Assembly (NCBI GenBank): GCA_902384585.1
Contig: CABMCJ010000004.1
Location: 322,086-386,085, forward strand
Length of the DNA stretch: 64,000 nucleotides
Reading direction: 5' to 3'
Source: Candidatus Anstonella stagnisolia
GTDB taxonomy: Archaea > Micrarchaeota > Micrarchaeia > Anstonellales > Anstonellaceae
Shown: in pieces, positions 8,128-17,196 of the stretch
How the letters are laid out: each line of letters opens with the position of its first letter
How positions within the stretch are numbered: position 1 is the first letter of the stretch
Program-made: the position numbers and the translations under genes
Notes under the pieces: model-generated
Databases searched by the model: none
What the model saw: only the letters and a program-made list of their open reading frames with translations
What the model was told of the DNA's origin: nothing

Positions 8128-8625
8128 TTAGGAGGCTTGCTGCACGTTTGCAACTACCCTTCCGGAGGTTGTGTATTCTCCACTTGTGCCTGAGCAGTCT
8201 GCAGCGCTTGCGGACATGCAGTTAACGTAGAAAAGCTGCACGTAAAGGGTTTGCTGCGAACCGCGCGGAAGCGGGGAGGCAAAATTTATTTTAACGTCGT
8301 ATTTTTCGCCATCCTGCACTATGCTAGCCGGCGCAGTTACTGCTGCCTGCGGGGTTTGGCCGGAGGCAAAGGAAACGTTCACGTTTGTGAATTTTATCGG
8401 GAAGCCGAGGCCGTTTCGCACCGAGAACTGGAGGGTGGATGCGGTTTCGCTTGAGTACAGTATGTAAGGCGAGCATGCGAGGTTGGGCTGGAAATTGCAC
8501 TCCTCGAAAATGAAGTGGGATGCAGAGAAAATCCCAGAGGAAACAAGCGCTACGAGCACTACGAGAAGGGCAAGAAGTGCCCATCCGTAAGTCACTAAGT
8601 ATTCCATGGCTGCTTGCCCTTTCAT
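8128..8625 (-). CDS. archaeal type IV pilin-like protein (class III signal peptide)
   Basis: N-terminus MKGQAAMEYLVTYGWALLALLVVLVALV: a short charged leader followed by a hydrophobic helix, typical of archaeal prepilins. Confidence 0.7.
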   Translation of the reverse strand: MKGQAAMEYLVTYGWALLALLVVLVALVSSGIFSASHFIFEECNFQPNLACSPYILYSSETASTLQFSVRNGLGFPIKFTNVNVSFASGQTPQAAVTAPASIVQDGEKYDVKINFASPLPRGSQQTLYVQLFYVNCMSASAADCSGTSGEYTTSGRVVANVQQAS

Positions 8626-8669
8626 GCAAGTAAAACAAATGCAAGTAATATAAAAGTGAGTGGGGATGT

Positions 8670-8999
8670 ATGCTTATCAAAGGATTGCGAGATGGTAATA
8701 TGGCAGAAGAAAAATCCCCCATGGGGATTGTGAAGACGAAAATACCGCTTTATAACAGCGGGTTCAACGAATCCGGGCACATACTTTTGTGCGAAAACGG
8801 GATTTGCCTTAGGACTGAAGAGGAAAGCGTGAAAGTCCCGTACAGCTACGTGCAATCCATTGACAGGATAAAGGACTTGCCGCTTGCAAAAGTGCTCGTG
8901 GGAATTTCACTGTACGACCAGATCGGGGCAAAAGTGAACGTCGAGGTCGGGATGGCGGACATGCACTACAACGAGCTCAAGAGGGTGTGCGGGAAGTAA
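8670..8999 (+). CDS. hypothetical protein
   Basis: 109-aa ORF. The start may be M11. No motif recognised. Confidence 0.4.
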   Translation: MLIKGLRDGNMAEEKSPMGIVKTKIPLYNSGFNESGHILLCENGICLRTEEESVKVPYSYVQSIDRIKDLPLAKVLVGISLYDQIGAKVNVEVGMADMHYNELKRVCGK

Positions 9000-9799
9000 G
9001 GGGATGCGTGCCTTTTTTCTATTTCCCTTAGAAGCCGGGGGGAAGCATCCATAAGATTTATGTGATGGACTTCCTCGATAGCGCAGAACGCATCAATGAG
9101 AAAGTTACGGAATGCAAAGGGATGCAGCCCTGTTGTCTGGGACGCCTTTTCCGTTGATGCTGCTGCAATTGCCGCCATTATGGGCAGGTTTGCATTTAAA
9201 GAATAAAACAGGCATCCGTCTTTTTTGGGTTCGGCATTACCGTTGAGCGCGTCCATGCGCTCCAAAAAGTGCTTTACGGACAGCTGTATCAGTTGAACCG
9301 GCACTGAATCCGAATCATCATCAAGGAGGGAACCAAAATCCTCTGCTGAATAGTGCGTGCCCTTGTACAATGTAGCCGCTTCTTCGTACTGGAGCATGAA
9401 GGAATCGAGGGTGCGGCTTAAGGATTCGAGATCGCTGCGCCTTTTGTCCCCGTTCGCTTTTTCAGCTACTGCCCTGAGGGATTGGAAAAAATTTGAAGCG
9501 TGCTCGCGGTTTGGGTCGCACAAAAATCCATCCTGCAATAGCTGCAGGATTTCTTCGCCTATGCGCCCAAGCTCGTCCAGGGATTTCCTATCCTCTGCAA
9601 GGAACTCATGCCATGCGGAATTTATCCCTGATTTTTGCGCTTTAAGCAGATTGGTGCGTTCATGGGAAATTGGTTCGATTAGAGGGAACTCGGGTTCCTT
9701 ATGGCTGTTGCTGCCGTTATTTCCAGGAGATAGTGCTGGAGTTTCCCTGGGATTTAGGGCAAGCTGTTTTTGTGGTGCTGGTGCTTGGGCTCCTGGCAT
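8966..9799 (-). CDS. hypothetical protein
   Basis: 277-aa ORF, convergent with and slightly overlapping 8670..8999. No motif recognised. Confidence 0.45.
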   Translation of the reverse strand: MPGAQAPAPQKQLALNPRETPALSPGNNGSNSHKEPEFPLIEPISHERTNLLKAQKSGINSAWHEFLAEDRKSLDELGRIGEEILQLLQDGFLCDPNREHASNFFQSLRAVAEKANGDKRRSDLESLSRTLDSFMLQYEEAATLYKGTHYSAEDFGSLLDDDSDSVPVQLIQLSVKHFLERMDALNGNAEPKKDGCLFYSLNANLPIMAAIAAASTEKASQTTGLHPFAFRNFLIDAFCAIEEVHHINLMDASPRLLREIEKRHASPYFPHTLLSSL

Positions 9800-9871
9800 G
9801 CTAAGACCATAGGAAAATATGTAAAAAGATGAATTTAATAGTATGTGTTATACTGGAATTTGCAAGGGCAA

Positions 9872-10837
9872 TCAGGCAAGGGTTGCCTGCATTGCAATTT
9901 GCTCACCTATTTGTGAATCTGCGATTGCGTTGTAGCCAAGCTTTTGCAAGTGCGCTGCCATTTCCTCCCCCCTTCCAAGCGCGCACACGATTTTTTTCGG
10001 GTTCGCTGCATCTATGTATTGGAGGATTTCGGAAAAGTCAGCATGGTCGGAGAGGGGGAAGGCGCGGTCAAGGGGAAGCTGCGCATTGAGTGCCCAGCCG
10101 GTTGCGGCTGCAGTGAGCACGTTCATGTTGTAGGCTTCCGAGAGGGAGTGCGCGAGCGAAAAATTCACGGAATTCATGGGCATTATTGCGACAAATGGGT
10201 CGCGCAGCATTTCTGCGCTCTCTGCGCTGCCGCTTCGCACGCGGGAAAGGCGCACCCCTAAGGATTCGTATTTTTTGCACACGTCGTCTATGCGGCTGCT
10301 TACTATAGGGGTTATGCCACAGGAATCGTTTAGGAATTTTGTAATCTCTTGGGCTTTTCCGATTGTGTATGCGCCGAAAATAAGCGAGCTTTGGGAATTG
10401 TTTTTCCTTACCCAGTTTTCCATTTGGGAAAGTATTTCTTCGCGCGCGGGAAAGCGCATTTTCGGGTCGCCGTACGTGCTTTCCATCACAAGAGTGTCGC
10501 ACTCCTTGACTTTTGCGCCTGCGCACGTGAAGCTTTGGGAGAGCTTGAAATCGCCGGTGTATGTGAGGGTGGAGCCGTCAAGCTGCGCGTGGAGCTGGGA
10601 AGCTCCAAGCATGTGTCCTGCAGGGAGAAGGGAAATGCCTTTTGGGATTGGATGCGCGTTCTTTGCGCCCGCAAGATGCAGGGTTTCCCCCGTCGCGAAA
10701 ACGTTTTTCCTTGCGCGCACTGCCGCAGTGTGGTCGGAATGCGCGTGGGACACAAAGCACAGATTGGCCTTTGCGTGGTCGAGCGCGATTTCGTGCTCGA
10801 GGCCGGGAAGCCGAATTTTCATGTTGGGCAGAAGCAT
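9872..10837 (-). CDS. metallo-beta-lactamase / beta-CASP family nuclease (COG1236-like)
   Basis: HxHxDH motif (VSHAHSDHTAA) and a C-terminal beta-CASP-type motif (PLSDHADFSEILQYI). 321 aa. Confidence 0.75.
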   Translation of the reverse strand: MLLPNMKIRLPGLEHEIALDHAKANLCFVSHAHSDHTAAVRARKNVFATGETLHLAGAKNAHPIPKGISLLPAGHMLGASQLHAQLDGSTLTYTGDFKLSQSFTCAGAKVKECDTLVMESTYGDPKMRFPAREEILSQMENWVRKNNSQSSLIFGAYTIGKAQEITKFLNDSCGITPIVSSRIDDVCKKYESLGVRLSRVRSGSAESAEMLRDPFVAIMPMNSVNFSLAHSLSEAYNMNVLTAAATGWALNAQLPLDRAFPLSDHADFSEILQYIDAANPKKIVCALGRGEEMAAHLQKLGYNAIADSQIGEQIAMQATLA

Positions 10838-10894
10838 AGTGGTCGCAGGAAAGAAAGGGAGATAAGGTATAAAAGGGGTTGCTATGCGCGAAAA

Positions 10895-12091
10895 TCATTC
10901 CGTGCGCAGCGCCTCTATCGGGACCATTTCCGCCGCATTTTTCGCAGGGAAATACCCGGCGACTATTCCGATAAGGAAGGAAAAGAGCAGGCAGAAGCCT
11001 GCAAGTTCCGCGCTTGGGGAAACCGGGACCCCGAAGAAGGAGAGGATTTCTATGAGCACCAGGCCCACTACTATGCCTATTGCGCCGCCCACTATGCCTA
11101 TTATGCCGCTTTCAAAAAGGAAAATTTTCAGGATGTCGGGCTTGCGCGCGCCAACTGCCTTTAGGATGCCGATTTCAGAGTAGCGCTCAAGCACTGCCAT
11201 GAACATGGTGTTTGCGATTGTAACGCCGCCTACTACGAGGGAGATTGCGGCAATGCCGCCAAGGAAGGCGGTGAGAAGGCCGGTTATTATGCCCAGTTGC
11301 TCGGAAATGAACGCGGAGGTTATCACTGAGAAATCCTCGTTGCCCTCAAGAAGGCCGCGCCTTGCGCGCAGCGTGGATTTTATTTCCTGCGCGACTTCCT
11401 CCGCATTGTATTCGCTGTTTGCAATTATGTAAATCCCGTGTATCTCGTCCTTTGCAAGCTGGTTTCCAAGAACCTCGCGCACGTCGTCTATGGGCGCATA
11501 AATAGTTGTGTCGGTGTCGTCAAGGGTGCCACCTGTCGCCTTCATTATGCCAATCACGCGGTAGCTTTTTCCCCCGATTGTGACAACGCTGTTCACTGCA
11601 AGGTCCTTCTTGAAATAATTCTTTGCAATCTTGTCGCCAATCACTAGCACCTGCCTGTCTCCCTCTTTGAGGAACCGCCCGTCCGCGATTTCTATTGTGG
11701 AAACTGCCTTTTGGAAATTCTGGGGCTCTATCCCGATTACGGTTGCGGATAGCTGCTCGCCCTTGTAGTCCATTGCGATGCGGCCGTAAAGGTAGGGGGT
11801 GAGTATGTCGATGCCACCCGCGCGCTCAATCCATTTCATGTCCTGTATGAAAAACCTGCCGCTTTGCGGCGCGCCCGTGCCCATTGCGGAGAGCTTTCCC
11901 GGGGTGATTATTATTGTGTGCGAGCCGAAAGCATCAAGCTCCTTGTTCACGCTTGCGGAAATGCCCTGCCCTATTGAAATGAGGATGAACACGGAACAGA
12001 TGCCTATCACTACGCCAAGTATTGTGAGATAGGAACGCAGGGAACGCTGCATAAGCGCGCGCAGCGCGTACAGGAAAAGGTCCTTTTGCAT
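10895..12091 (-). CDS. ABC transporter permease, FtsX/MacB-like
   Basis: 398 aa. N-terminal TM helix, a large extracytoplasmic domain, and a C-terminal FtsX-type 3-TM bundle (SEIGILKAVGARKPDILKIFLFES). No ATPase partner is adjacent. Confidence 0.85.
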   Translation of the reverse strand: MQKDLFLYALRALMQRSLRSYLTILGVVIGICSVFILISIGQGISASVNKELDAFGSHTIIITPGKLSAMGTGAPQSGRFFIQDMKWIERAGGIDILTPYLYGRIAMDYKGEQLSATVIGIEPQNFQKAVSTIEIADGRFLKEGDRQVLVIGDKIAKNYFKKDLAVNSVVTIGGKSYRVIGIMKATGGTLDDTDTTIYAPIDDVREVLGNQLAKDEIHGIYIIANSEYNAEEVAQEIKSTLRARRGLLEGNEDFSVITSAFISEQLGIITGLLTAFLGGIAAISLVVGGVTIANTMFMAVLERYSEIGILKAVGARKPDILKIFLFESGIIGIVGGAIGIVVGLVLIEILSFFGVPVSPSAELAGFCLLFSFLIGIVAGYFPAKNAAEMVPIEALRTE

Positions 12092-12116
12092 CTTAACCCT
12101 TGGTGCGTTGGATTAT

Positions 12117-12644
12117 TTAGTCGTCCGAGCGGTGCGAGGAAAGCTCGTGCTCGAGCTTGTCAAGCTGGCGCGAGATGCGCTCCATTACCTGGCGGATGCC
12201 CGCAACCTCGTGCTTTATGCTCTGCAGGTATACCTTGTCAAATACGATTGTGGGCTTTGGAAGCGGCACCTCCTGCATGTGCGGCTGCGATGAAAGCTTG
12301 AGCTCGTTCACGGAATTCTCAACTGCGTGCGAGATTTCAGGGATTGGGATGGGTGCGGGCCTAAGCTCTGCGTGGAACTCCTCCTTTGCGCGCGAGGGCT
12401 TTGCCTTTGCGGCTTTTGAAGGCTTTGCCTTTTTCCCCTCTGCCTTTTCCGCACGCTTGAGCTCCATGCGCGCCCCCTTTATCCACTTCTTTATGTTGGA
12501 GAAGGGCGCGAACTTGTTGCTCTTTGTCTTCTTGTAAACTTCGTCGCGGATTTCCTTGAGCTTGTCCTCGTTTATAACTTGGCCTTCCCACCTTTTGAGC
12601 TTCGCGCTTACAATCGAGAGTATTTTTTCGTCCATTAATATCAC
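12117..12644 (-). CDS. hypothetical Lys-rich protein
   Basis: 175-aa ORF with a KAxK-rich central tract. No motif recognised. Confidence 0.45.
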   Translation of the reverse strand: MILMDEKILSIVSAKLKRWEGQVINEDKLKEIRDEVYKKTKSNKFAPFSNIKKWIKGARMELKRAEKAEGKKAKPSKAAKAKPSRAKEEFHAELRPAPIPIPEISHAVENSVNELKLSSQPHMQEVPLPKPTIVFDKVYLQSIKHEVAGIRQVMERISRQLDKLEHELSSHRSDD

Positions 12645-12772
12645 CTTGTATTTTTTTGGTCTTTTTTAGAATAAGATTTCCATAAGTGTACTGCATTGGG
12701 GATAGGTTGTTTATATAGATATATCAGGAAAAATAATGAAAAAATACGAAATAACACAGAAACAATGGAATG

Positions 12773-13279
12773 CTACTTTATCGTGATGCTGTCCGCAAAG
12801 GGGAGGGAGCGCAGCTTTCTTATCACAACCGGGCTGAGCTTGCCGTCTATTATTATGGTGAGCACGGGGTCTGGAAAGATGTAGGGGTCGTCTGTTACGA
12901 TTTGGCGGATAAGTATGCCGTTTTCCGATAGGACCTTTGTTGCTGTTGAAACTATGTTCTTGCTCTTTGCGTCCGCGCGTATTTCTACGGAGTCGCAGCC
13001 AAGCGCACGCGCAGCGTCTGCCAAGAAAGCGCGGGGCTGCAGGCGGCAGAATATCTGCAGGAGCCGGGGGTCTTTTGAAATGTCCTTTGCGGTTTCTATC
13101 ACAACGCGGCGGTCTATGTTGAGCGCACGTGCGATTTTTGCAGGCTGCACCTCTATATTGCCAAAGTATATTGTGCCCTCCTTGTCCACGCGCATCCCAA
13201 GCTTGAGCATTTCAGTTGCAACAAGCTTGCGCCCGTATGCGCGCGCAAAAAAGTCCTCCAAAAGCCTAAGCATGCACAC
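12773..13279 (-). CDS. ACT-domain regulator of amino-acid metabolism (COG2150-like)
   Basis: 168 aa. The N-terminal HTH-like part plus C-terminal ACT-like part resembles the conserved archaeal family. Assigned from memory of the family, not from a search. Confidence 0.6.
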   Translation of the reverse strand: MCMLRLLEDFFARAYGRKLVATEMLKLGMRVDKEGTIYFGNIEVQPAKIARALNIDRRVVIETAKDISKDPRLLQIFCRLQPRAFLADAARALGCDSVEIRADAKSKNIVSTATKVLSENGILIRQIVTDDPYIFPDPVLTIIIDGKLSPVVIRKLRSLPFADSITIK

Positions 13280-13316
13280 TTTTGTGCATTTAGGTTAAAA
13301 AGTGTTTTGGTCAGGA

Positions 13317-13346
13317 TTAGTCTTCGCCTTCCTTGTAAAGGGTTGG
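13317..13346 (-). repeat. relic copy of the XPF gene tail, directly after the glyoxalase stop
   Basis: Minus strand CCAACCCTTTACAAGGAAGGCGAAGACTAA versus the XPF end ACAACACTTTACAAAGAAGAGGAGGACGGCTAA. 24 of 30 aligned nt are identical, with one 3-nt gap. Encoded tails are PTLYKEGED* versus TTLYKEEEDG*. Confidence 0.6.
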
Positions 13347-13730
13347 TTATTTTGGTTCGTAAAGCTCAATTGGAATCCCGTCAGGGTCGCGCAGGAAACA
13401 GAACCATGCGCATGTTGTGCCCTTTACGGGTTTGTCTATGTCAATGCCCTTTCTTTTCAATTCCGCGTATTTTTCCTTAACGCTATTGACTTGGATGCTT
13501 ATGTGCCTAAGCCCGATTAGCTTGAGGTTCGAGCAATCGTCTTTGCCTTTTATTGAACTCTTGAATTGGAAAATCTCCAGCTGCATGCCTTCCAGTTGCA
13601 TGATGGTTGCGCTGCCGTCCCAATCGGGTTTTGTGAAAGTGCGGATTTGCGAAAACCCAAAATTTTCCTTATAGAAAGTGGCTGTTGTTTTTGCGTCCTT
13701 TACGGTAATTGCGATGTGGTGCACTCTCAT
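13347..13730 (-). CDS. VOC/glyoxalase-family protein
   Basis: 127 aa. MRVHHIAITVKDAKTTATFYKENFGF is a typical glyoxalase/bleomycin-resistance fold start. The ATG lies 1 nt after the XPF stop. Confidence 0.8.
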   Translation of the reverse strand: MRVHHIAITVKDAKTTATFYKENFGFSQIRTFTKPDWDGSATIMQLEGMQLEIFQFKSSIKGKDDCSNLKLIGLRHISIQVNSVKEKYAELKRKGIDIDKPVKGTTCAWFCFLRDPDGIPIELYEPK

Positions 13731-13731
13731 T

Positions 13732-14397
13732 TTAGCCGTCCTCCTCTTCTTTGTAAAGTGTTGTGAGTATTTTTCTTATTTCTTTCGCTTTCTTTTCTCC
13801 CATCTTTTCCACTTGTGCGAGTTCGCTTTCAGGCGCGGTTACCACGTTCTCTATTGTGTAGAAATACTTGAGTAGGGATTTTGCGAGCGTGGGGCCAACC
13901 CCTGGGAGGGACTCTATTATGCCCCGCTGCGCCTGCGCGGAAGTGAAGGCTTTCTTTTTTGCGAATACGCGCAGGGTGGATTTTCTTGCGAGCTGCTCGT
14001 GCTTTGCGAGCGCGAATACGAGTTCTGCGGTTGCGTCAAGGGAGCGCGTGAAGAAGAGCGAGCAGCCGTAATCCGTCATTATTGCGGAGTATGTGCCTAA
14101 GAGGGCTGCTCTGGAAAGGCGGGTTTCCTTGGGTGCATCGCCCTCTATGATGACAATTGCGCATTCGTAGTTTTGCTTCATTTGGGAGAGCTGGGAGAAT
14201 AGGCGTCCGTCTAGAATAGAGCTCTCGAAATCGCTCCTTGTTTTCCGTTCTATGCATGTGCGTTCCGAGGTAAGGAAATCCCCTATTTCGAGGGTGCGCA
14301 CTTCCACTATTGCATTTAGGGAAGAAAGCTGCTCTTTTACGCCGGAGCGCTCCCTTTCGTCCACTACAATATGTGGGTAATCTTGTTGGGCAGGCAT
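13732..14397 (-). CDS. short archaeal XPF/ERCC4-type structure-specific nuclease with C-terminal HhH2
   Basis: ERCC4 core VVDERERSG...LEIGDF...IERKTRSDF...GRLFSQ and an HhH region LPGVGPTLAKSLLKYF. Confidence 0.85.
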   Translation of the reverse strand: MPAQQDYPHIVVDERERSGVKEQLSSLNAIVEVRTLEIGDFLTSERTCIERKTRSDFESSILDGRLFSQLSQMKQNYECAIVIIEGDAPKETRLSRAALLGTYSAIMTDYGCSLFFTRSLDATAELVFALAKHEQLARKSTLRVFAKKKAFTSAQAQRGIIESLPGVGPTLAKSLLKYFYTIENVVTAPESELAQVEKMGEKKAKEIRKILTTLYKEEEDG

Positions 14398-14467
14398 ATT
14401 ATCACTGTTGCAAAAAATGATTTTAAGAAGGGAAAAGTTGGGTTGGATTTACGTCGGATGAACATAT

Positions 14468-14481
14468 GTATTTATAAATAC
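14468..14481. promoter_or_regulatory. perfectly palindromic TATA-like element in a divergent intergenic region
   Basis: GTATTTATAAATAC is its own reverse complement. It sits between XPF (minus) and the wHTH gene (plus). Confidence 0.4.
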
Positions 14482-14585
14482 TAGCATGACTAAGTCATGA
14501 TAGTACATTGACATCATCGCGAAACAAACGCGCTCGCGATGGAAAACTGCGATACACCCATATCAAGTCACACAAGTGAAAATGC

Positions 14586-15095
14586 TTGGATGAGTTTATG
14601 CAAAACGAAGAGAATGCTTATAAAACAGATGCAAATGAGGCAGCCTACAAGCTCGTTGGGGACACGCGGGAGGAGATAAAGAGGGAAGCCCTCTCAATGG
14701 CGGAAAAGCTCAACGACCCGGTAATACTGGGCGCTCTCATGTACCGCACGGTGCAGGAGAAGGAGAATGCGAACCGGTTGCTCAAGAGCATACTTGAGAA
14801 GATTGATGCAAAGTTTGCACAGATGGATGAGAGGATTGGAAGGCTGGAAGAGAAGCTGAAGACGGAAAATCGGATGGAAACTGAAATGGCAGGGGAAGAG
14901 ATTCTCCTTCCAAAGCAGGATGAGGACATACTCGGGCTGGTAAGAAGGAAAGGGCACGTGTGCGCGGAAGAAGTGAGGAAGGAATTCGGGTATAAGGGGC
15001 CCAACGCCGCAAGCGCAAGGCTCTCAAAACTGTACCAGATGGGCTTGCTGCAAAAGCAGCAGGTCGGAAGGAGAGTGTATTACAAAATGAAATGA
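14586..15095 (+). CDS. coiled-coil plus winged-helix DNA-binding protein
   Basis: The C-terminus (ILGLVRRKGHVCAEEVRKEFGYKGPNAASARLSKLYQMGLLQKQQVGRRVYYK) looks like a MarR/ArsR-type wHTH. The track start is TTG. The first ATG is at 14598. Confidence 0.6.
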   Translation: MDEFMQNEENAYKTDANEAAYKLVGDTREEIKREALSMAEKLNDPVILGALMYRTVQEKENANRLLKSILEKIDAKFAQMDERIGRLEEKLKTENRMETEMAGEEILLPKQDEDILGLVRRKGHVCAEEVRKEFGYKGPNAASARLSKLYQMGLLQKQQVGRRVYYKMK

Positions 15096-15130
15096 ATCAC
15101 GCTTGCAAAGTGTGCAAGGCGACCAAACAC

Positions 15131-15196
15131 TTATTTTGGAGGGGCGGCTGCCATAATTCACCTCCCACCTATTTTTAGCCGCCCCTCCTAAAATAA
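15131..15196 (+). terminator. long inverted repeat (19 bp with one bulge, 27-nt loop) downstream of the wHTH gene
   Basis: TTATTTTGGAGGGGCGGCT ... AGCCGCCCCTCC-T-AAAATAA. The function (terminator or ncRNA) is not established. Confidence 0.35.
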
Positions 15197-15229
15197 TTGT
15201 AAAAGTGTTGGAGCCAAATCGGTGGGAAA

Positions 15230-16240
15230 ATGAAAATCGTATTTTTTGAGGCAGACAAGCTGGAAAGGGATTACATAAGCGCGAATTTTCCCTCTAAAGG
15301 GAACACAGTAATTTTTGAGAAAAAGCAGATTAGCGTCTTTGCTGCAAAAAAATATTCGGATGCGCAGATTATTTCGGTTTTTGCATTTTCAAGGGTGGGG
15401 GCGGACGAGCTGGATGCGCTTCCTAAATTGAAGGCGATATGCACGCGCTCAACAGGGTTTGACCATATTGATGTTGCGGAATGCAAAAGGCGGGGCATTA
15501 GCGTGCACAACGTGCCCACTTACGGGGAGGAAACCGTTGCGGAGTTCACTTTTGCGCTCATACTTTCGCTTTCAAGGAAGATTGTAAAAGCAAATGAACG
15601 GGTGAGGCGCGCGGACTATGAGCTTAAGGGGCTGCGCGGGTTTGACTTGGAAGGGAAGACGCTGGGAGTGATTGGGGCTGGGCATATTGGACAGAATGTG
15701 GTGAGGATTGCGCACGGGTTTGGGATGAAGGTGCTTGTGCACGACCCGTTTGCGGAAAAAACGCTTGCAAAGAAATTGAAATTTGAGATTGTTGGACTGG
15801 ACAAATTGCTCTCAAGCTCCGACATAATCTCCCTGCATGCGCCCTACAACAAGGGAACGCACCATATAATAGGGATGCAAAACATACGCAAGGTGAAGAA
15901 GGGCGCGCTTCTCATAAATACTTCAAGGGGGCCTCTTCTGGAAACTGATGCTGTCCTTTACGGGCTGCAAAATGGGATACTTGGGGGCGCAGGATTGGAC
16001 GTAATTGAAGAGGAGAAATTCATGCGCGAAAGCTGCTCTGTGCTTTCCTCTTCAAGAGCTGCAAACGAATGCAGCCTGAGGAACGCGGTAATAGACCATG
16101 TGCTGCGCGAGCGGGAGGACGTGATAATGACGCCGCACTGCGCGTTTGATACAACGGATGCGATGCTGAGGATTGTGCACACTACGATTGAGAACATAAA
16201 GGCGGTTTCAAAAGGAAAGAAAATTAATGTTGTAAATTAA
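15230..16240 (+). CDS. D-isomer-specific 2-hydroxyacid dehydrogenase (NAD-binding)
   Basis: Rossmann motif GVIGAGHIGQNV. Catalytic-domain pattern SRGPLLETDAV...GAGLDV...TPH. Confidence 0.88.
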   Translation: MKIVFFEADKLERDYISANFPSKGNTVIFEKKQISVFAAKKYSDAQIISVFAFSRVGADELDALPKLKAICTRSTGFDHIDVAECKRRGISVHNVPTYGEETVAEFTFALILSLSRKIVKANERVRRADYELKGLRGFDLEGKTLGVIGAGHIGQNVVRIAHGFGMKVLVHDPFAEKTLAKKLKFEIVGLDKLLSSSDIISLHAPYNKGTHHIIGMQNIRKVKKGALLINTSRGPLLETDAVLYGLQNGILGGAGLDVIEEEKFMRESCSVLSSSRAANECSLRNAVIDHVLREREDVIMTPHCAFDTTDAMLRIVHTTIENIKAVSKGKKINVVN

Positions 16241-16287
16241 AGAAATCCAGAACTAATTTAAAAGTTCTTGGAGAATAGAGGCGTGGG

Positions 16288-17175
16288 TTGGACATGAGCG
16301 AGGAAACTATAATAATTACGAACCGCGAGCTTGTTGATTTTACGGTGCTGAGCAGGAAGAAGACTGAGAATGAATTTAGGCGCGACTTTTTGATGCGAAA
16401 CGGCGCAAAAGAGGATGATTTCCATGTGCGCGCAGTATCAGACCTTGTTGGGGAAATAGAGGCAAAATTGAAACCAATACGCGCAAAGCTGGAAGTTGTT
16501 GACCTTGCGACGGTTGTACCAAGGAGAAAAGAGATTGATGCCATTACTGCGGAAATAAATTCACATTCAAAAGCAGAGCTTGATGATGCGATTACGAAGA
16601 AGGCGGGCCCTGTGTACGAGAAAATGAAGCAGAGGGCAGTGCTTACAAAAGGTAATTTTGACAGGAGGGAGGATATTGCACGCCTCACTGTGCTTGCGAA
16701 TTCGCTTCCACGACAGGACTGCGAAGCGCTTTGCAGGATGGTGGAGAGCAATGAAGGAGAGGCAGTGGACGTTGGGATGCTCTCGGAAGGGAAAAGAAAG
16801 GAGATTACGGTGCTTGCTGCACGGCTTGGATGCCACCTGAATGTGGATGGGACAAGGCTTGTGAGGGAGGAAAGGCCAAAGGAGAGTTCTGAAACCGAGA
16901 GGACGATTATGGGCAAGGGATGCGTGTGGATTGCAAACGAGAAGCTCTCGGAATTTGACGAGAACGAGAAGAAAATCGCACTTTTTGGAAGGCAGATGCA
17001 GGAAAGGACTGCGCAAAGGCAGGTTCGCACGTTTGAAGGGGAAGAGCAGAAAGCGTTTGATGAGCTGCAAAGAGGGTACATTGAGGCGCTAAATGCACGA
17101 AGCGCGTTCCTTGAGAGCGCGGAAGAGAAAGTCGTGATGGCGAAGAGGGGGGACGGGATACAGAAACTGCTTTAG
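16288..17175 (+). CDS. hypothetical protein
   Basis: 295-aa ORF. The track start is TTG and the first ATG is at 16294. The long antisense ORF 16224..17081 is Ser-rich and judged a shadow frame. Confidence 0.5.
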   Translation: MDMSEETIIITNRELVDFTVLSRKKTENEFRRDFLMRNGAKEDDFHVRAVSDLVGEIEAKLKPIRAKLEVVDLATVVPRRKEIDAITAEINSHSKAELDDAITKKAGPVYEKMKQRAVLTKGNFDRREDIARLTVLANSLPRQDCEALCRMVESNEGEAVDVGMLSEGKRKEITVLAARLGCHLNVDGTRLVREERPKESSETERTIMGKGCVWIANEKLSEFDENEKKIALFGRQMQERTAQRQVRTFEGEEQKAFDELQRGYIEALNARSAFLESAEEKVVMAKRGDGIQKLL

Positions 17176-17196
17176 GGATGCGCATTTTTGCAAGAC

